Shown here one piece after another: positions 44,160-58,004 of a stretch of DNA of 64,000 nt; the stretch's first letter is position 1; each line of letters opens with the position of its first letter. The translations under genes were made by a program, and so were the position numbers. The notes beneath the pieces are model-generated. The model did no database searches and had not been told where the DNA came from. It was given only the letters and a program-made list of their open reading frames with translations. Origin of the DNA: the human T2T-CHM13v2.0 reference genome, Homo sapiens. Location of the stretch: NCBI RefSeq assembly GCF_009914755.1, contig NC_060929.1. One strand, 5' to 3'.

Positions 44160-47100
44160 CTAAAACCATTGGGATACAGCAAAAGCAATAATAAGAAGAA
44201 AGTTTACAACAATAAGTGCCTACATCAAAAAAGTAGAAAAACTTCAAATAAACAACCTAATGATGCATCTTAAGTAACAAAGCAAGAGCAAATCAAACGC
44301 AAAATTATTAGAAGAAAATATATACTAAAGATCACAAATGACATACATGAAATCAAAATGAAAAATATACAAAAGATAAAAAAGTCAGTTTTTGAAAATA
44401 TAATTAAATCAACATTTATTCAGATTAAGAAAAAAAGAGTAGATCCAAATAAAGTCAAAGATGGAAAAGGAGATATTACAACCAATACCACAGAAATTCA
44501 AAGGATTACCAAGACTACTGTGATCAACTATATGCCAATAAATAGGAAAATCTGAAAGAAATGGATAAATTCTAAGACACATACAACTTACCAAGATTGA
44601 ACCATGAAGAAATCCAAAACCTGAACAGACTAATAACAAGTAACTAGATCAAAGCTGTACTAAAAACTCTTCCTGGAAAGGAAAGCCCCAGACCTGATGG
44701 CTTCACTCCTTAATTATGCCCAATATTTAAAGAACTAACACCAGTTCTGCTCTAATTATTCTGAAAAATAGAGGAAGAAATATATCCAAACTCATTCTAT
44801 GAGGCCAATATTACTCCAATGTCAAAACAAAAAAAGGACACATCAAAAAAGAAAACTACAGGCCAATATCCCCAATGAGCATTGATGCAAAAATTCTTGA
44901 TGAAATATTAGCAGATATAATTCAATAACACATTAAAAAGATTATTCATCATGACCAAGTGGAATTATTTCAGGGATCCCAGGATGGTTCATAATACATC
45001 AATCAATGTGATACATAGTATCAACAGAATGAAGGGCAAAAACTGCATGATAATTTCAGTTAATGCTGAAAAACATTTGATAAAATTCAACATTCCTTCA
45101 TGATTAAAAGCTCTCTCAAAAAACTGGGAATAGAAGAAATATACCTCAACATAATAAAAGCCATATATACAGAACCACATATAGAGCCAAATACAGAAAC
45201 ACAGCTAGAATCAAGCTAAATGCAGAAAAACTGAAAACTTTTCCTCAAATAACTGGTAAAAGACAAGGATGCCCACTTTTACCACTGTTGATCAACATAG
45301 TACTGGAAGTCCTTTCCTAGCTAGAGTACTTAGACAAGAGAAAGACATAAGGGAATCCAAATTGGAAAGGAGGAAGTAAAATTATCCTTGTTGGCAGATA
45401 ATACCATCTTATATTTGGAAAAACCTAAGGAATCCACCACCAACAACAAAAACTATTAGATCTGATAAACTCAGTAAAGTTACAGGATATAAAATCAATA
45501 TATAAAAACCCATAGCCTTTCTATATACAAACAGCAAATAATCAGAAACAAAAATCTACAAAGTAATTTCACCTCCAATAGCTACAAATAAAATAAAATA
45601 CCTAGTAGTAAATTTAATCAAGGAAGCAAAAGATCTCTGCAATGATAACTAAAATATTGATGCCAGTACCTGAATAGAACAAAAAAAATAGAAGGATACT
45701 CCATGTTCATGAGTGGGAAGAATCAATATTGTTAAGATGTCCATGCTACTCAAAGTGATCTACAGATTTGATGCAATTCTTATCAAAATACCAATGGTAT
45801 TCTTCACAGAAATAGAAAAAAAATCCTAAAATTTGTATGGACCTGCAAAAGACTCAGCATGGTCAATACTATCCTAAGAAAAAAGAAAAATAACTGGGGG
45901 AATCACAATAGGTGACTCCAAATTATACTACAAAACTGTAGTAAACAAAACAGTATGATACTAGCACAAAAATGGACACATAGACCAATGAAGAAGAACA
46001 GAGAACTCAGAAATAAATCCATACCTCTACAGTAAACTCATTTTCAATTAAGTTTCCAAGAACATAACACTGAGGAAAGAACAGTCTTTTCATTAAATGT
46101 TGCTAGGAAAACTGGATATCCATATGCAGAAGAATGAAACTAGTCCTCTACCTCTCTCCATATACAAAAGTCAAATCAAAGTGAATTACAGACTTAAGTC
46201 TAAGACCTCAAGCTATAAAGCTACTAAAAGAAAACACTGAGGAAACTCTTCACGTCATAGGACTGGGAAAAGATTTCTTGAGCAATACCTCACAAGCACG
46301 GGCAACCAAAGCAAAAATGAACAAAGGGGCTCACATCATGTTAAAAACCTTCTGTACAGCAAAGGAAACAACAAAGTGAAGAGACAATCCAGAGAATGGG
46401 ATAAAATATTTTCAAAAATTTGACAGAAGATTAATAACCAGAATATATAAGGAAGTCAAATAACTCAATAGGAAAATATCTAATGATCTAAGTAAAAAAT
46501 GAGCAAAAGATTGGAATAGACATTTTTCAAAAGGTTTTAAAAGAGGTGCTCAACATAATTGATCATCAGGGAAATGCAAATCAAAACTACAAATAAATAT
46601 CAACTCATCCCAGTTAAAATGGTTTTTATCAAAAAGACAGGCAAAAAAAAAAAACAAAATGCTGGCAAGGATGTGGAGGAAAGGTAACACCCCTACGCTA
46701 CTGGTAGGGATGCAAGTTAGCAAAGCTACTATGGAGAACAGTTTGGAGGTTTCTTGAAAAACTAAAAATAGATCTGCCATATGATCCACCAATCCCACTG
46801 CTTGGTATATATCTCAAAGAAAGGAAATAAGTATATCAGAGATATCTGCACTCTCTTGTTTTATTGCAGCAGTATTCATGATAGCCAAAATTTGGAAGCA
46901 ATCTGTGTGCCTCAACAGATGAATGAATAAAGACAATGTGGTACATATACACACTAGAGTACTATAAGCAATAAAGATAATGAAACACTGCCATTTGCAA
47001 AAACATGAATGGAACTGGAGGTCATTATGCTAAGCGCAATAAGTAGGGCAGAGAAAGACAAATTTTGCATGTTCTCACTTCTTTGTGGGAGATAAAATTT

Positions 47101-47759
47101 AAAGCAATCGAAATTGTGGAGACAGTAGAATGATGGTTACCAGAAGCTGGAAAGGGTAATTGGGGAGGAGGGCATGTGAGGATGGCTAATAGGTACAAAA
47201 GTGTATTTACATGGAATAAATAAGATCTAGAATTTGATAGCATGGCAGGGTGACTACAGATTTATTGTGCATTTTAAAAATAACTAAAAGAAGAATTGAA
47301 TTGTTGGTAACATAAAGAAAGGAAAAATGCTTGAGGTGACGGAGACATTTACCCTGATGTGATTATTATGCCTTGTATGTCAGTATCAAAATTCCCTTGT
47401 ACCCCATAAATATACATGCCCACCTACTACATACCCAGAAAAACTTTTAAAAGTGAAATAACAAAAAAGTGAGAATAAATTTATAATAGTCAAATGTTCT
47501 GAAGAATTTCTTCCACCTGCAATATCCCTCCAGTGCCCTTTTCTGAGAAAACCTAACCTGTGCTCCCTGTAAAGGAGAGGTGCTTAAAGAAATTCATTGA
47601 TTATTGCAGAGCAGATATTGATGGTTGAATGTGCAGCTGAGAAGAAACATATTCATATATAGAGCAGGTGATAAAATTACAAATGAAGAGGTTTGCCTGA
47701 ATCTGTCTTAGTGTGTCCACAGATACATATTGCACTATTTCTTCTGTTCCTGAATACAC

Positions 47760-49291
47760 AGTTGAGAAAAGGCTGGCAGATTTTTTACATCAGCTCCCTG
47801 AACCGCAGATAGGGATTTATTAAAGTAAAAAGGAGAAAGTAGAAGCCCCTGGAACTTTTATTTCCTAACAAAATAATAAACCAAAAGTAATATACTGTAG
47901 CTGACAGATTTCAGATACTATTGCCACACTCAAAGACCTAAAAAATGTGGAGATGTCTTTTCCATCACTTCCTCTTTGAATTTCCCTATTTGACCTCTGT
48001 GAAAAAACAGATAATGATGAATAAATGTATATTATGGTTATTTTTTATCATGTGTTGACTTCAATTACACCTGCTTTTCTAGTTGTTTTATCTTTACAGA
48101 AGCTAACTAACCAAGCCTTTGGATCCTGTTGTACAAATGCTTTGATTTCTCTTTTATCAAATAGGAAATGTCATCACAATCTATGTGCTCTTATATTGAA
48201 AGGATGACCATACTGCTGTATTACCTAAGCTCAGGGTTAACACAGTTCTACAGATCCCTGTCTTAATAAGGCACTCTATTATCTTGATATATCTTGCTGC
48301 AGAATTGAGTTAGTGATATGACGATTGGAGCTTATAAGCAGGAAGCAGCAAATGCTCTTATAACTTATTAAGACAATATATTGGCCAAAAGGTGGAATAA
48401 AATCCCAGAGAAAATTAAGGGACCTGATGCCTCAGAAGGAAGCTCAATAATTGCTGAGCTGTTTAGATTTATGGAGGTAACATTTACCATATATGTGTGT
48501 GTTACTCTGAACTACTTACTGAGAAAGCCCACGAGGCTACCAGTGGTGAGTGGGAATCACAGCCTCAAGTATTTGCTGAAAAGCCTACAGTGTGAGTCAC
48601 ACCACCAATTGTGCCTCCTAACTTCTCAGAAACAATTGCACTTCAACAGTTTCTGGCAGCTCCAAATGTAGTATGGGAGCTCTGGTAAACCCAACAGAAA
48701 AATTGTAATCCAGTCTCTTAGAAATGAAAAAAAAAGTGCATAACTTGACGTTGCATCCTGGTTGGGCCTGAACACCTAATAATTTTGGAACCAAGGGAAC
48801 AGGTGTACCTCAACAGTCCTTGATGAACTAGGTATCTGATCCACTGAGTCATAACATTGGGTAGTGACACTAAAATCCATAGTAAGTTGGAAATGGTGTA
48901 TATGAAGTTGCGTTCTAGCAGATTCTATCTAGGGCTCAGTCAAGTGGCTTAAATGGCCATGGCCCTCACTTGTTCTTCATTGCTACCTATTCCTCACCCC
49001 ACACTTACAGCCTCATGGGGAGTTCTCTCTGCATGACCATTGTACCTAAAACAAAACAAAACAAAACAAAACAAAATGTGAGCTAGTTTTATGAATCGTT
49101 AAATATAGGATACAAATACTGAACGTAGACTGAAGCATTACAGCTCTACTAAGGGTGTCCCTAATTGGAAAATGTAGACTTTGGTTCCTGGACTTCCCCA
49201 TATTTAAGCATCCCATTACCTGCATCATATGCTTTTCTATTTCCAGTATACAGATGGCTTATGTTTTCCTAACGAAATCCTGAGTGATTCA
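47760..49291 (+). mobile_element. Decayed ERVL pol plus probable 3' LTR remnant
   Basis: agaagcccctggaact; tttgaatttccctatttgacctctgtgaaaaaacagat (RT FNSPIWPVQKTD-like); LTR-like end tgttttcctaacgaaatcctgagtgattca. Confidence 0.6.
49047..49076. repeat. (AAAAC)n simple repeat
   Basis: Directly visible. Confidence 0.95.
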
Positions 49292-49843
49292 CTTCCCATC
49301 TTATCCAGAGTAACAGCCAAAGTTCTCATGGTGGCCTATGTGTCACCCTATAAGTTCTGGCCTCCATTTACTTCCTGGTTATTCTCTTATTTTTTATTTT
49401 TATTTTTTTTCATTTTTAGTACTGCACCCCAGTCACACTGGTTTTGTATATCTCAGGCATGACACTGTCTTAAGACGACTGCACAGAATGCTATGACTTT
49501 TGGAAATGTCCTTTTCCTATATGTACTTACATATTCCTCTCTACCTTCTTTCTCTATAGGAAAAATTGCTCAGGTATCACCCTTTCAACGGAGAACATCT
49601 TGCTACCATAATTGCAATGCCCAATCCCCACTTCTTTGAGCACTACTGATCTTCTCATCCAATTTTTGTTCTGTTTAATGGTATTTATCATCTTATAACT
49701 TTCTGTATATTTGACTATTATACTTACTCTTCAATGTCTGTCTACCTAAATCATATTGCAAGGTCCTGGAGCACAAGATTTTTGTTTTCTTTGTTCAGTC
49801 AGGCATTCAAATTGCCTAGAACTAAAAACATAAAAAGAACCTG
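49292..49843 (+). mobile_element. L2, right part (3' end)
   Basis: cttcccatcttatccagagtaacagccaaagttctcatggtggcct...tgttttctttgttca...tgcctagaac. Confidence 0.7.
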
Positions 49844-49844
49844 G

Positions 49845-50081
49845 GGCCGGGCACAGTGGCTCATGCCTGTAATCCCAGCACTTTGGGAGATCGAGGCGGG
49901 TGGATCACGAGGTCAGGAATTCGAGACCAGCCTGGCCAGCATGGTGAAACCCCGTCTCTACTAAAAATACAGAAATTAGCCTGGCGCGATGGCGGGCGCC
50001 TGTAATCCCAGCTACTCGGGAGGAGAATCATGTGAACCCTGGAGGCGGAGTTTGCAGTGAGCCGAGATCACGCCACTGCAC
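49845..50081 (+). mobile_element. AluS (Sg-like), 3'-truncated
   Basis: ggatcacgaggtcagga.ttcgagaccagcctggcc; stops at gccactgcac. Confidence 0.9.
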
Positions 50082-50087
50082 AGTACA

Positions 50088-50351
50088 GGCTGGTCGTAGT
50101 GGCTCATGCCTGTAATCCCAGCACAAGGCAGGTGGATCACCTGAGGTCAGGAGTTGGAGACCAGCCTGAGCAACCCCGTCTCTACTAAAATATACAAAAG
50201 TTAGCCGGACATGGTGAGGGGTGCCTGTAATCCCAGCTACTCAGGAGGCTGAGAGGCAGGAGAATCTCTTGAACCCAGAAGGCAGAGGATGCAGTGAGCC
50301 GAGATCATGCCATTGCACTCCAGCCTGGGAGACGGAGCAAGACTCCATCTC

Positions 50352-50380
<29 letters not shown>
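50088..50380 (+). mobile_element. AluS (Sx/Sq-like) with internal deletions
   Basis: ggatcacctgaggtcaggag; ~28-nt A tail. Confidence 0.9.
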
Positions 50381-50383
<3 letters not shown>

Positions 50384-52330
50384 CTCAGTGCATAGCTGAG
50401 TACATAGCTGAGTAAGCACTCATGAGATAGACCAATATAGAGGCATGCAGACAGATACACATATATAGGACAAGTGCATGTGTTTATATCTGTGTTTGAT
50501 GAAAAGGGTAGAAAGGTGACTGACTAGGGACACGTCAATGGATTAATTAAGGTGTTGAATATCAAACTGAATTTAGAAGATTTAAATATGCAGTTTCATG
50601 GTATCATGCAAATATTGAATCAAGGAATTGGGTGACTTAAACACGCATTTAGAATGCAAGACATGAGATATCTGAGACTGTAGACTAACATACACAGAGA
50701 AGAGAAACTAAGGAAAAAGCTAAAATTTAGGGGAAAAAGAGGGCCAGAAATTTCTATTTGAATGAAGATCAAATTTAATGACACCAAGTATGGAAAAATA
50801 ATAACCAGTATAACTATATTTGAAAGAAGTGATTTGGAGTGTGTACTCCAGAATTGACCAGTTTCAGTCTATGACACACCCCAGAACCTACATGTAGAAA
50901 ACTGAATTTAAGGGAAATGACTTAAGATTAATGTGGAAGCAACATGTGTGGAATAAGAGGTAAGGGAATTTTGTTGGGAATATTATTAGAAAAAATTGGA
51001 CTATTGTCCCTAAAATGTTAATGGGGCACACAGCGAAGTGGGGGAGAATATGGTCTTTCAAAGTGAACAAAGACTTAACTAATCATGAAATGGTAAATAT
51101 ATTTGAAAACCACCTATTAGGAATATAGGATGCAGGTGGTATGGATAATGAAAGATGACATTTTTTTGCGTGACTGATGACAAAATTGGGAGTAAGTGTC
51201 ATTAACACATGAGATCTTATAACTTCTCAGGGATCTGACTAAACAGGATATGAGAGAATACAAGCAAACTGAAAGCAGAGTTCACTTTCATTTAAGAGAA
51301 CTAAAGAAGAGTTCATCTATTTTCCATGTAAACATCTGTGGTAAAAATAGGATTCTAGAAGGTAGGTTTGAATTAAGTAAAAGAAGAAAACACTAATAGC
51401 ATATAGAGACAAATGACTTAATAATTATGTCCCCAAATCCTCATTCATTTAATCTGTTCATTCGTTATCAGTATTTACATCCCTTTTCAGTATGCTGCTT
51501 TTTTTGCTATTATATTGTCAACCTTTTCATGAAATTTATTTTATAGTTTAATTTGTTGAATCTTGATATTTTATGATTTATGACTTATGATTTATAGTTT
51601 AGAAACTCTTTGTTAATGTTACCCATTTTTTAATACTCTATTAAACAAGTTTGTGCCAGTCAGGAATATACACTCATTCCTTTTATAATTTTTTTGATAT
51701 TGGGTTTTATCAGTCCCCTTTGTTATATCATATACTAGAAGCCAAGATAATTTGCTTAGGTTTAATTTGTTAGATATGGTTTGAAATTTGTTCTAGACCA
51801 AGAAATAGATAATCTATTTTGAAAACTGTTTCATCATATTATCATTATTTTTGTTTTTGATAACAATTGTTTTGAAATATAACTATGAATAAAACTATAA
51901 AATAGTTTATCATTAAAATAATGTACGCTATATCAAATGCCCAATGTATACATTACTCCCGCATTTTGGAATTGTAAGTATTTTATGAAAAGTCTTAACT
52001 TCAATGAAAATAATAACAGAAAAGTAAGAATTCTATGATTTAGGGAATAACTTCTGAGTTAACAGTTAACAAACAGTAAACACTATCTTATCATCCTGTT
52101 AGTAAACAAATGTTACCAGTGTGGCCATATAGCAGAAATAATACATAGAAATATCTTTCTGCTATCAGAAAAAAATTTTTATGTATATTTTTATAACTTC
52201 AGGTAAAATACTGTTTGGGATTGTTTGTGTGAAATCGTATTATTATTTTGGCTCACAAATACATTGGCTTATAACTTATTTTCCAAATTATGGGCTAATA
52301 ATGGTGTCCCAAGTTACAATAATTGATGAT

Positions 52331-52569
52331 GTTTTCAGGATTCTATTGCCCAATATGGTGAATATAACTAATAGTCAAATATTGTACATTTCAGCATCAC
52401 TAAGAGAGTAAATCTCAGATGTTTTTATCACCAAAAATGCCAAATATCTGAGGTAACTAATAGGTGAACTGGCTTGATCATTCTACATTGTATTAAAAAT
52501 CATAATATCACTGTGTACCCCCATATATATGAGTATAATTTGTCAACATATAACAAAAAATAAAATAAA
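52331..52569 (+). mobile_element. L1MA-type 3' end
   Basis: tattgtacattt...ctaagagagtaaat...gcttgatcattctacattgt...cactgtgtacccccat...A-rich tail. Confidence 0.7.
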
Positions 52570-53671
52570 GTGACTATAGAAACAATGAAATAGCACATGT
52601 ATATGTCATATATATCCCACTTTGGATTTTAAAAATATATTAATTTCTAGTAGCAAAATATTCTGAGGTATTGTGCTTTGTTGTTCATCAAGTAAAATTC
52701 TAAGATTATCAGACATGTCTCATTGTAGTATGTAAGCCTAGTCATTTGAAAATAATAAACATATAACATTTTGCCTTTTCCCATATACACAATGTCTAAA
52801 ATCTACACATTCAATCACATTTGCTGACTGTAAAAGCAAAACAAAAGAAGGTAATCTAGAGATATACAGCCCTGAAGGCTGTTTCTTCAGAGATCACAAT
52901 GGCACTGATGTTAAAATGTTACTACAAAATAAAACAGGGGAAGCAATTGGCAGGAAGTACATGAAGGTGAAATAAAAGCTTAGTATTTTTATGAAATATG
53001 AAAAATTCTGTACTAATATAAATTAATCCAAGTACCAGAGGGAGACAGACATATACTCCTCCTCCTGACAAATAGTGTGGCTGAAGTGCACAGAAGAGTA
53101 AATGACTTTTCCATGTCTTATAGGAAATCAGAAATACAACCTGGGGAGAATTCTTAGATTTAAGAGCTCAATAAATTAAGAACAATGAAATGCTGTTATA
53201 TTTTTTGAGCAAAATATAGGGATATAGTTTGGAGAGTAAGGCTCTGGTTTTGATTTAATAGGAGTTCCAAGATAAGCAATCTTAGGAGGGCCTAGTACTG
53301 TCCCCAAACTTTTCTAGCAAGACAGAGAAGTTGCTATTTTCTATTCTTGATGGGCAGGAGTCAGTCAGTGAAAGAATACAGCTATGGCAGATTCCACATA
53401 GTCATTCTTTCCCAGTAGAAAATTCCAGTGAGTTTTTCAGTTATGTTTACCCTGTTCATTTCTTATGTCTGTTCATTGTCTATGCACTTATAATAAGCTT
53501 CAGAATAAAAAGAATACATAAATTCCTCAATTACAGCTTATTCTTCTCCCTTAACCCTTCTACTTCATACTCCTCACTCAACACACACATACACACGCAC
53601 ACACACACAAACCCATGCATTTGCACACATTTTTCCTTATAGCGCTAGATATTTTTGACCTCTCAACCAAG

Positions 53672-53723
53672 ATACATACATACATATATATATGTGTGTG
53701 TGTGTACATATATATGTGTATAT

Positions 53724-53777
<54 letters not shown>
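53672..53777. repeat. Compound (TA)/(TG)/(CA) microsatellite
   Basis: Directly visible. Confidence 0.95.
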
Positions 53778-53971
53778 CCCAAGTAGCTGGGTCCACAGAT
53801 GTGCACCACCACTCCTGGCTAATTTTCTATTTTCAAAATTACAAATTTACACCATAAAGACGGTGTTTGGCCATGTTGCCCAGACTGTTCTCAAACTCCT
53901 GGACTCCAATGATCCACCCACTTCGGCCTCCCAAAGTGCTGAGATTGCAGGCATGAGACACTGCATCTAGC
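53778..53971 (-). mobile_element. Partial AluJ-like element
   Basis: cccaagtagctggg...ccatgttgcccagact...cggcctcccaaagtgctgagatt; the 3' part is replaced by the microsatellite. Confidence 0.85.
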
Positions 53972-54262
53972 TTGAAGAAGTCCTTTTTTAAGGACAAGAG
54001 TTAACATTAGGACTATGGTTAATACTAGGCTGCTAGATTTGCTATCAACTACTGTTTATCTATGAAGTTCTCTTAAAAACTGTCACAAATGTTTATATAG
54101 CAAATTTAATAATATGGAATATGTCCCATTCTATGACTACTAGTAGAGATCTGTACCATGCATATACAAAATATTTCAAAAGAAATAGATAAAATTAATT
54201 CAGCAGATTATATTTTGTGTAAATTTATTTTTATATTGCCTAACTTGACAAATAAAAGATAA

Positions 54263-54572
<310 letters not shown>

Positions 54573-55539
54573 TAAAATATTAAAAAATAAATTCATGTAC
54601 AAGTAAATGATTTCATATTTCATTAACACTAATAAATAACTTGCCTTTTAATCAGATTTTCTTTTACCACATATTGAAATCAATACTTTACTATTTGTGA
54701 CTTAAAAATGAACAAACTATAATCCTTTTTAAAAAGCTGTATTTTCTGCAACATGACATACAGTTTCCCATTAATTAGCATTTGATTTATTGTAATATGT
54801 CAAGCACACATTATCTAAAAGCATTACATCTTATGATTACAAAACCTACAGCTTTAAATTGCTATTGAATATGAGGTTATTAATTTTATTTTACTCATTT
54901 TTGTGGCGTATATAATTTTTTGTGCTCCTAATCATTATGCATGATCTTATTTCCTCCTGCCGTAGTTAATAATAAGCAGATTACCTTAAATAACATCTCT
55001 GAGGTTTGTAGAAGAAATGTCTTACTGAAAATAACAAAATCACTTCTTTTTTGGGTTAGAGATGGTAAAACTGTAGAAACATACAAAATAAAAATAACCT
55101 GCTAACCACCAAATTTAAAAATTAAAAATTAAGTCAGCAAATTAAAAAAACTCTTTGTAAATGTATCACATTGTAACTAAATAGTTTGTGCAATTGTTGA
55201 AGCCTGACGCCATCCTGTACCCAAAGCAGAGGGCTATGTTTTGAAAACTGTTTAATTACCAGCACATTAACCGTGTCCAGTACTAAGGAACCCCTCAATT
55301 TACTGACTGTACGTGTGAAATAAAGGTTGACTCATAGAAGACTAATACTACAAAACACATGTGTAACTCATAATTAGGTGAATATATGAATCATTTTGCC
55401 TAGGGCAGTCTCAATTCTTAACTGACGCAAGAGAGTTATGAATAGTGCTCCCCTTTCTCTCTCAAGATGTCTCAATTTGGACAACATATCAGTTCTATAA
55501 TCCACCTATTCTATTCATATGTCAACTTGTGTTCTAGAT

Positions 55540-56078
55540 GTTTTTATTTTATTTTATTTTTGATATTTTTAACTTTTAAGTTCAAGGGTACATGTGCAGG
55601 TTTGTTTCATAGGTAAACTTGTGTCATGGGGGTTCGTTGTACAGATTATTTCATCATGCAGATATTAAGTCTAGTACCCATTTATTATTTTTCCTGCTCC
55701 TCTCCCTCCTCCTGCCTTCCACTCTCCAATAGGCCCTGGTGTGTGTTGCTCCCCTCTATGTATCTATGTGTTCTCATCCTGTAGCTCCCACTTCTATATG
55801 AGAACATGTAGTATTTGGTTTTCTGTTCTTATGTTAGTTTGCTAAGTATAATGGCCTCCAGCTCCATTCATCTCCTTGCAAAGAGCATGATCTTATTCTT
55901 TTTATGACTGCATAGTATTTCATGGTGAATATGTACAACATTTTATCATATTCATGGTGAATATGTATCCATTTTATCATTGATGGGCATTTGGGTTGAT
56001 TTTATGTCTTTTTTATTGTGAATAGTGTTGCTATGAACATACATGTGCATGTGTCTTTGTAATAGAATGATTTATATT
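55540..56078 (-). mobile_element. L1PA13-16-like 3' end
   Basis: ggtaaacttgtgtcatgggggtt...gtacagattatttcatca...gtaatagaatgatttatatt. Confidence 0.85.
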
Positions 56079-56104
56079 TTATATTTATCAACTTTAATTT
56101 TTAA

Positions 56105-56267
56105 CAAATCCCTAGGCAGGAGGGAATACTGATATTCCTCAATGGAGAGATGAGGAAGTTAAGTTAGAGAAGTTTGTTCAATCTTGGTCATACTTTTTGA
56201 ACATGGAAAACATAAGAATCATACCCAGGTTATGTGGTACCAGAGCCGTTGTCCTTAAATCACTATG
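56105..56267 (-). mobile_element. MIR
   Basis: agatgaggaagttaagttagagaagtt...cccaggttatgtgg...cttaaatcactatg. Confidence 0.55.
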
Positions 56268-56674
56268 TAATGATGATCAAAGTGTTTTTATGGACATTAT
56301 CCAGGGTCCTGATATGTATTGCCAATGAGATCGAATTAAAATTTTGAATTTTTCTACAACAGGAGTGGAGTGAACACATGGAGGTGGCAGAGGGGCCCTC
56401 AATTACAGAAACTGCACTAAATTTTCTGTAGTATTCAGTCTGGGGCTGAGCCCTTGTCATCTGGTGAAATCTACTTGTGTGTTTTATGTTCTTGGGTTGT
56501 CCAGACATAGGTGATACATCTTTAGTTGTTGACCCTATACTAGCTTTTAAAAAACCTTCATATTCTCCTTGAAGTCAGCCTGTTTTTTTTGTTTGTTTGT
56601 TTTTGTTTTTGTTTTTCCACATGACCAGGATAATCATCCAGAATTATATGAGGGTCACAGTTTCCTTTCTTCTC

Positions 56675-57279
56675 CATTGTTTTGCTTTCTATGCAGCATA
56701 ACAAATTACCACAGGCTTAGACTAGTGGCTTAGAACAACATAGATTTGCTGTCTTATAGTTTCTGTGGGTTGGCCATCTGGGCACAGCTTAATTGGTTCT
56801 TCTCTCAGGGTCTCAAAAGTCTGCAGTCAAGGTTTCACCTGAGTTTCATTCTCATGTTAAGGATGGACTGAGGAAGAATCCCCTTGAACTCTTTCAAATA
56901 GCTGACAGGATTAATTTCTTTGTGCGATGATGACTGAGAGTCTCAGCTTCTTACCGGCTTTTGGCTGCAGACCACCCTCAGATGCTAGCGGTAACATTCC
57001 TAGTGGCTGCTTGCGGTTCCTTGTTACATGAACTTCACCAACAGGGCTACTGACTTAAGTAAGTCTGCAAGGAGAGTCTGCAAAATGTGTCGGTGTGTTA
57101 CATGAAGTCCAATGTATGGTAACATAATCACAGGAGTGACATCTTACTATGTTTACAATATTCTATTGATTAAAATAAAATTACAAATCCTTCCCACATT
57201 CAACAAGTAGTTGATGTACAAGTTTGTGATTATTAAGAGATAGGAATCACAGGGGTTACTTCAAGGACTGTAAGTCACA
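56675..57279 (-). mobile_element. MaLR LTR, MLT1F-like
   Basis: cataacaaattaccac...tagtggcttagaacaaca...aacataatcacaggagtgacatc. Confidence 0.75.
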
Positions 57280-57694
57280 TCTTCATATGCCTTTCTAAAC
57301 TCACCAGATAAAAAACAGAATGAATTCTCCATCTTGTGTTTAAGGAAGAGTTTTTTTTTTAATGTTTCATACTAATCACTTCCTAACCATGTTTTTGCAA
57401 AAGCATCACACTAATCCAGTAAACCAGGACTAAGTATTGATTCGAAATTATTGAATTACATTTTCAGTCTTAATCTTGAATGTCAGAACTGTGATTTGCT
57501 TATATAGTCAAAAATTCGACTTCATCAAATCTACATATTGATTCTGTCATTCCTCTTTGTATCCCTGCAGTTAAAAACTAAATTTGCTGAATACTTATGG
57601 TTAACTAGGAGAAAGTTACATAAAATAAAATATATAAGTAAAAAGTATATTTACAGATTTCAAAAAACATTGATTATATCCATATTTCTATAAT

Positions 57695-57900
57695 TAGCAA
57701 CAATAATGACATAAAACTATAGTATGTGCTAATAATAATATATCATTGCCTCTGATGCCCTAACCATGGTGTGGGTAGTATTTCTGCATTTTATAGAGGA
57801 AAAAATTAGAACCCAAGGCTATATGATTAAAAGGACAAGGTCACATAGAGCTGGGGTTTAAAACCAGCTATTTCTGAATAAAGTGGTCATCGTCTCTGCA
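57695..57900 (-). mobile_element. MIR
   Basis: cattttatagaggaaaaaattag...caaggtcacatagagctggggttt. Confidence 0.55.
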
Positions 57901-58004
57901 TTGCAATATAAACAAAATATTGGGAATGATCACTAATGAAAGTGATCAATATTGGATATATCCTGAAATATGTAAGATAATATTACGTATATCAACTAAT
58001 TTCC

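Noticed and set aside
50500-51420. Purine-rich stretch possibly from L2 (also 20040-21600 flanks, 61130-61900; L1ME-like 3750-3960)
   Set aside because: Too diverged to delimit without alignment
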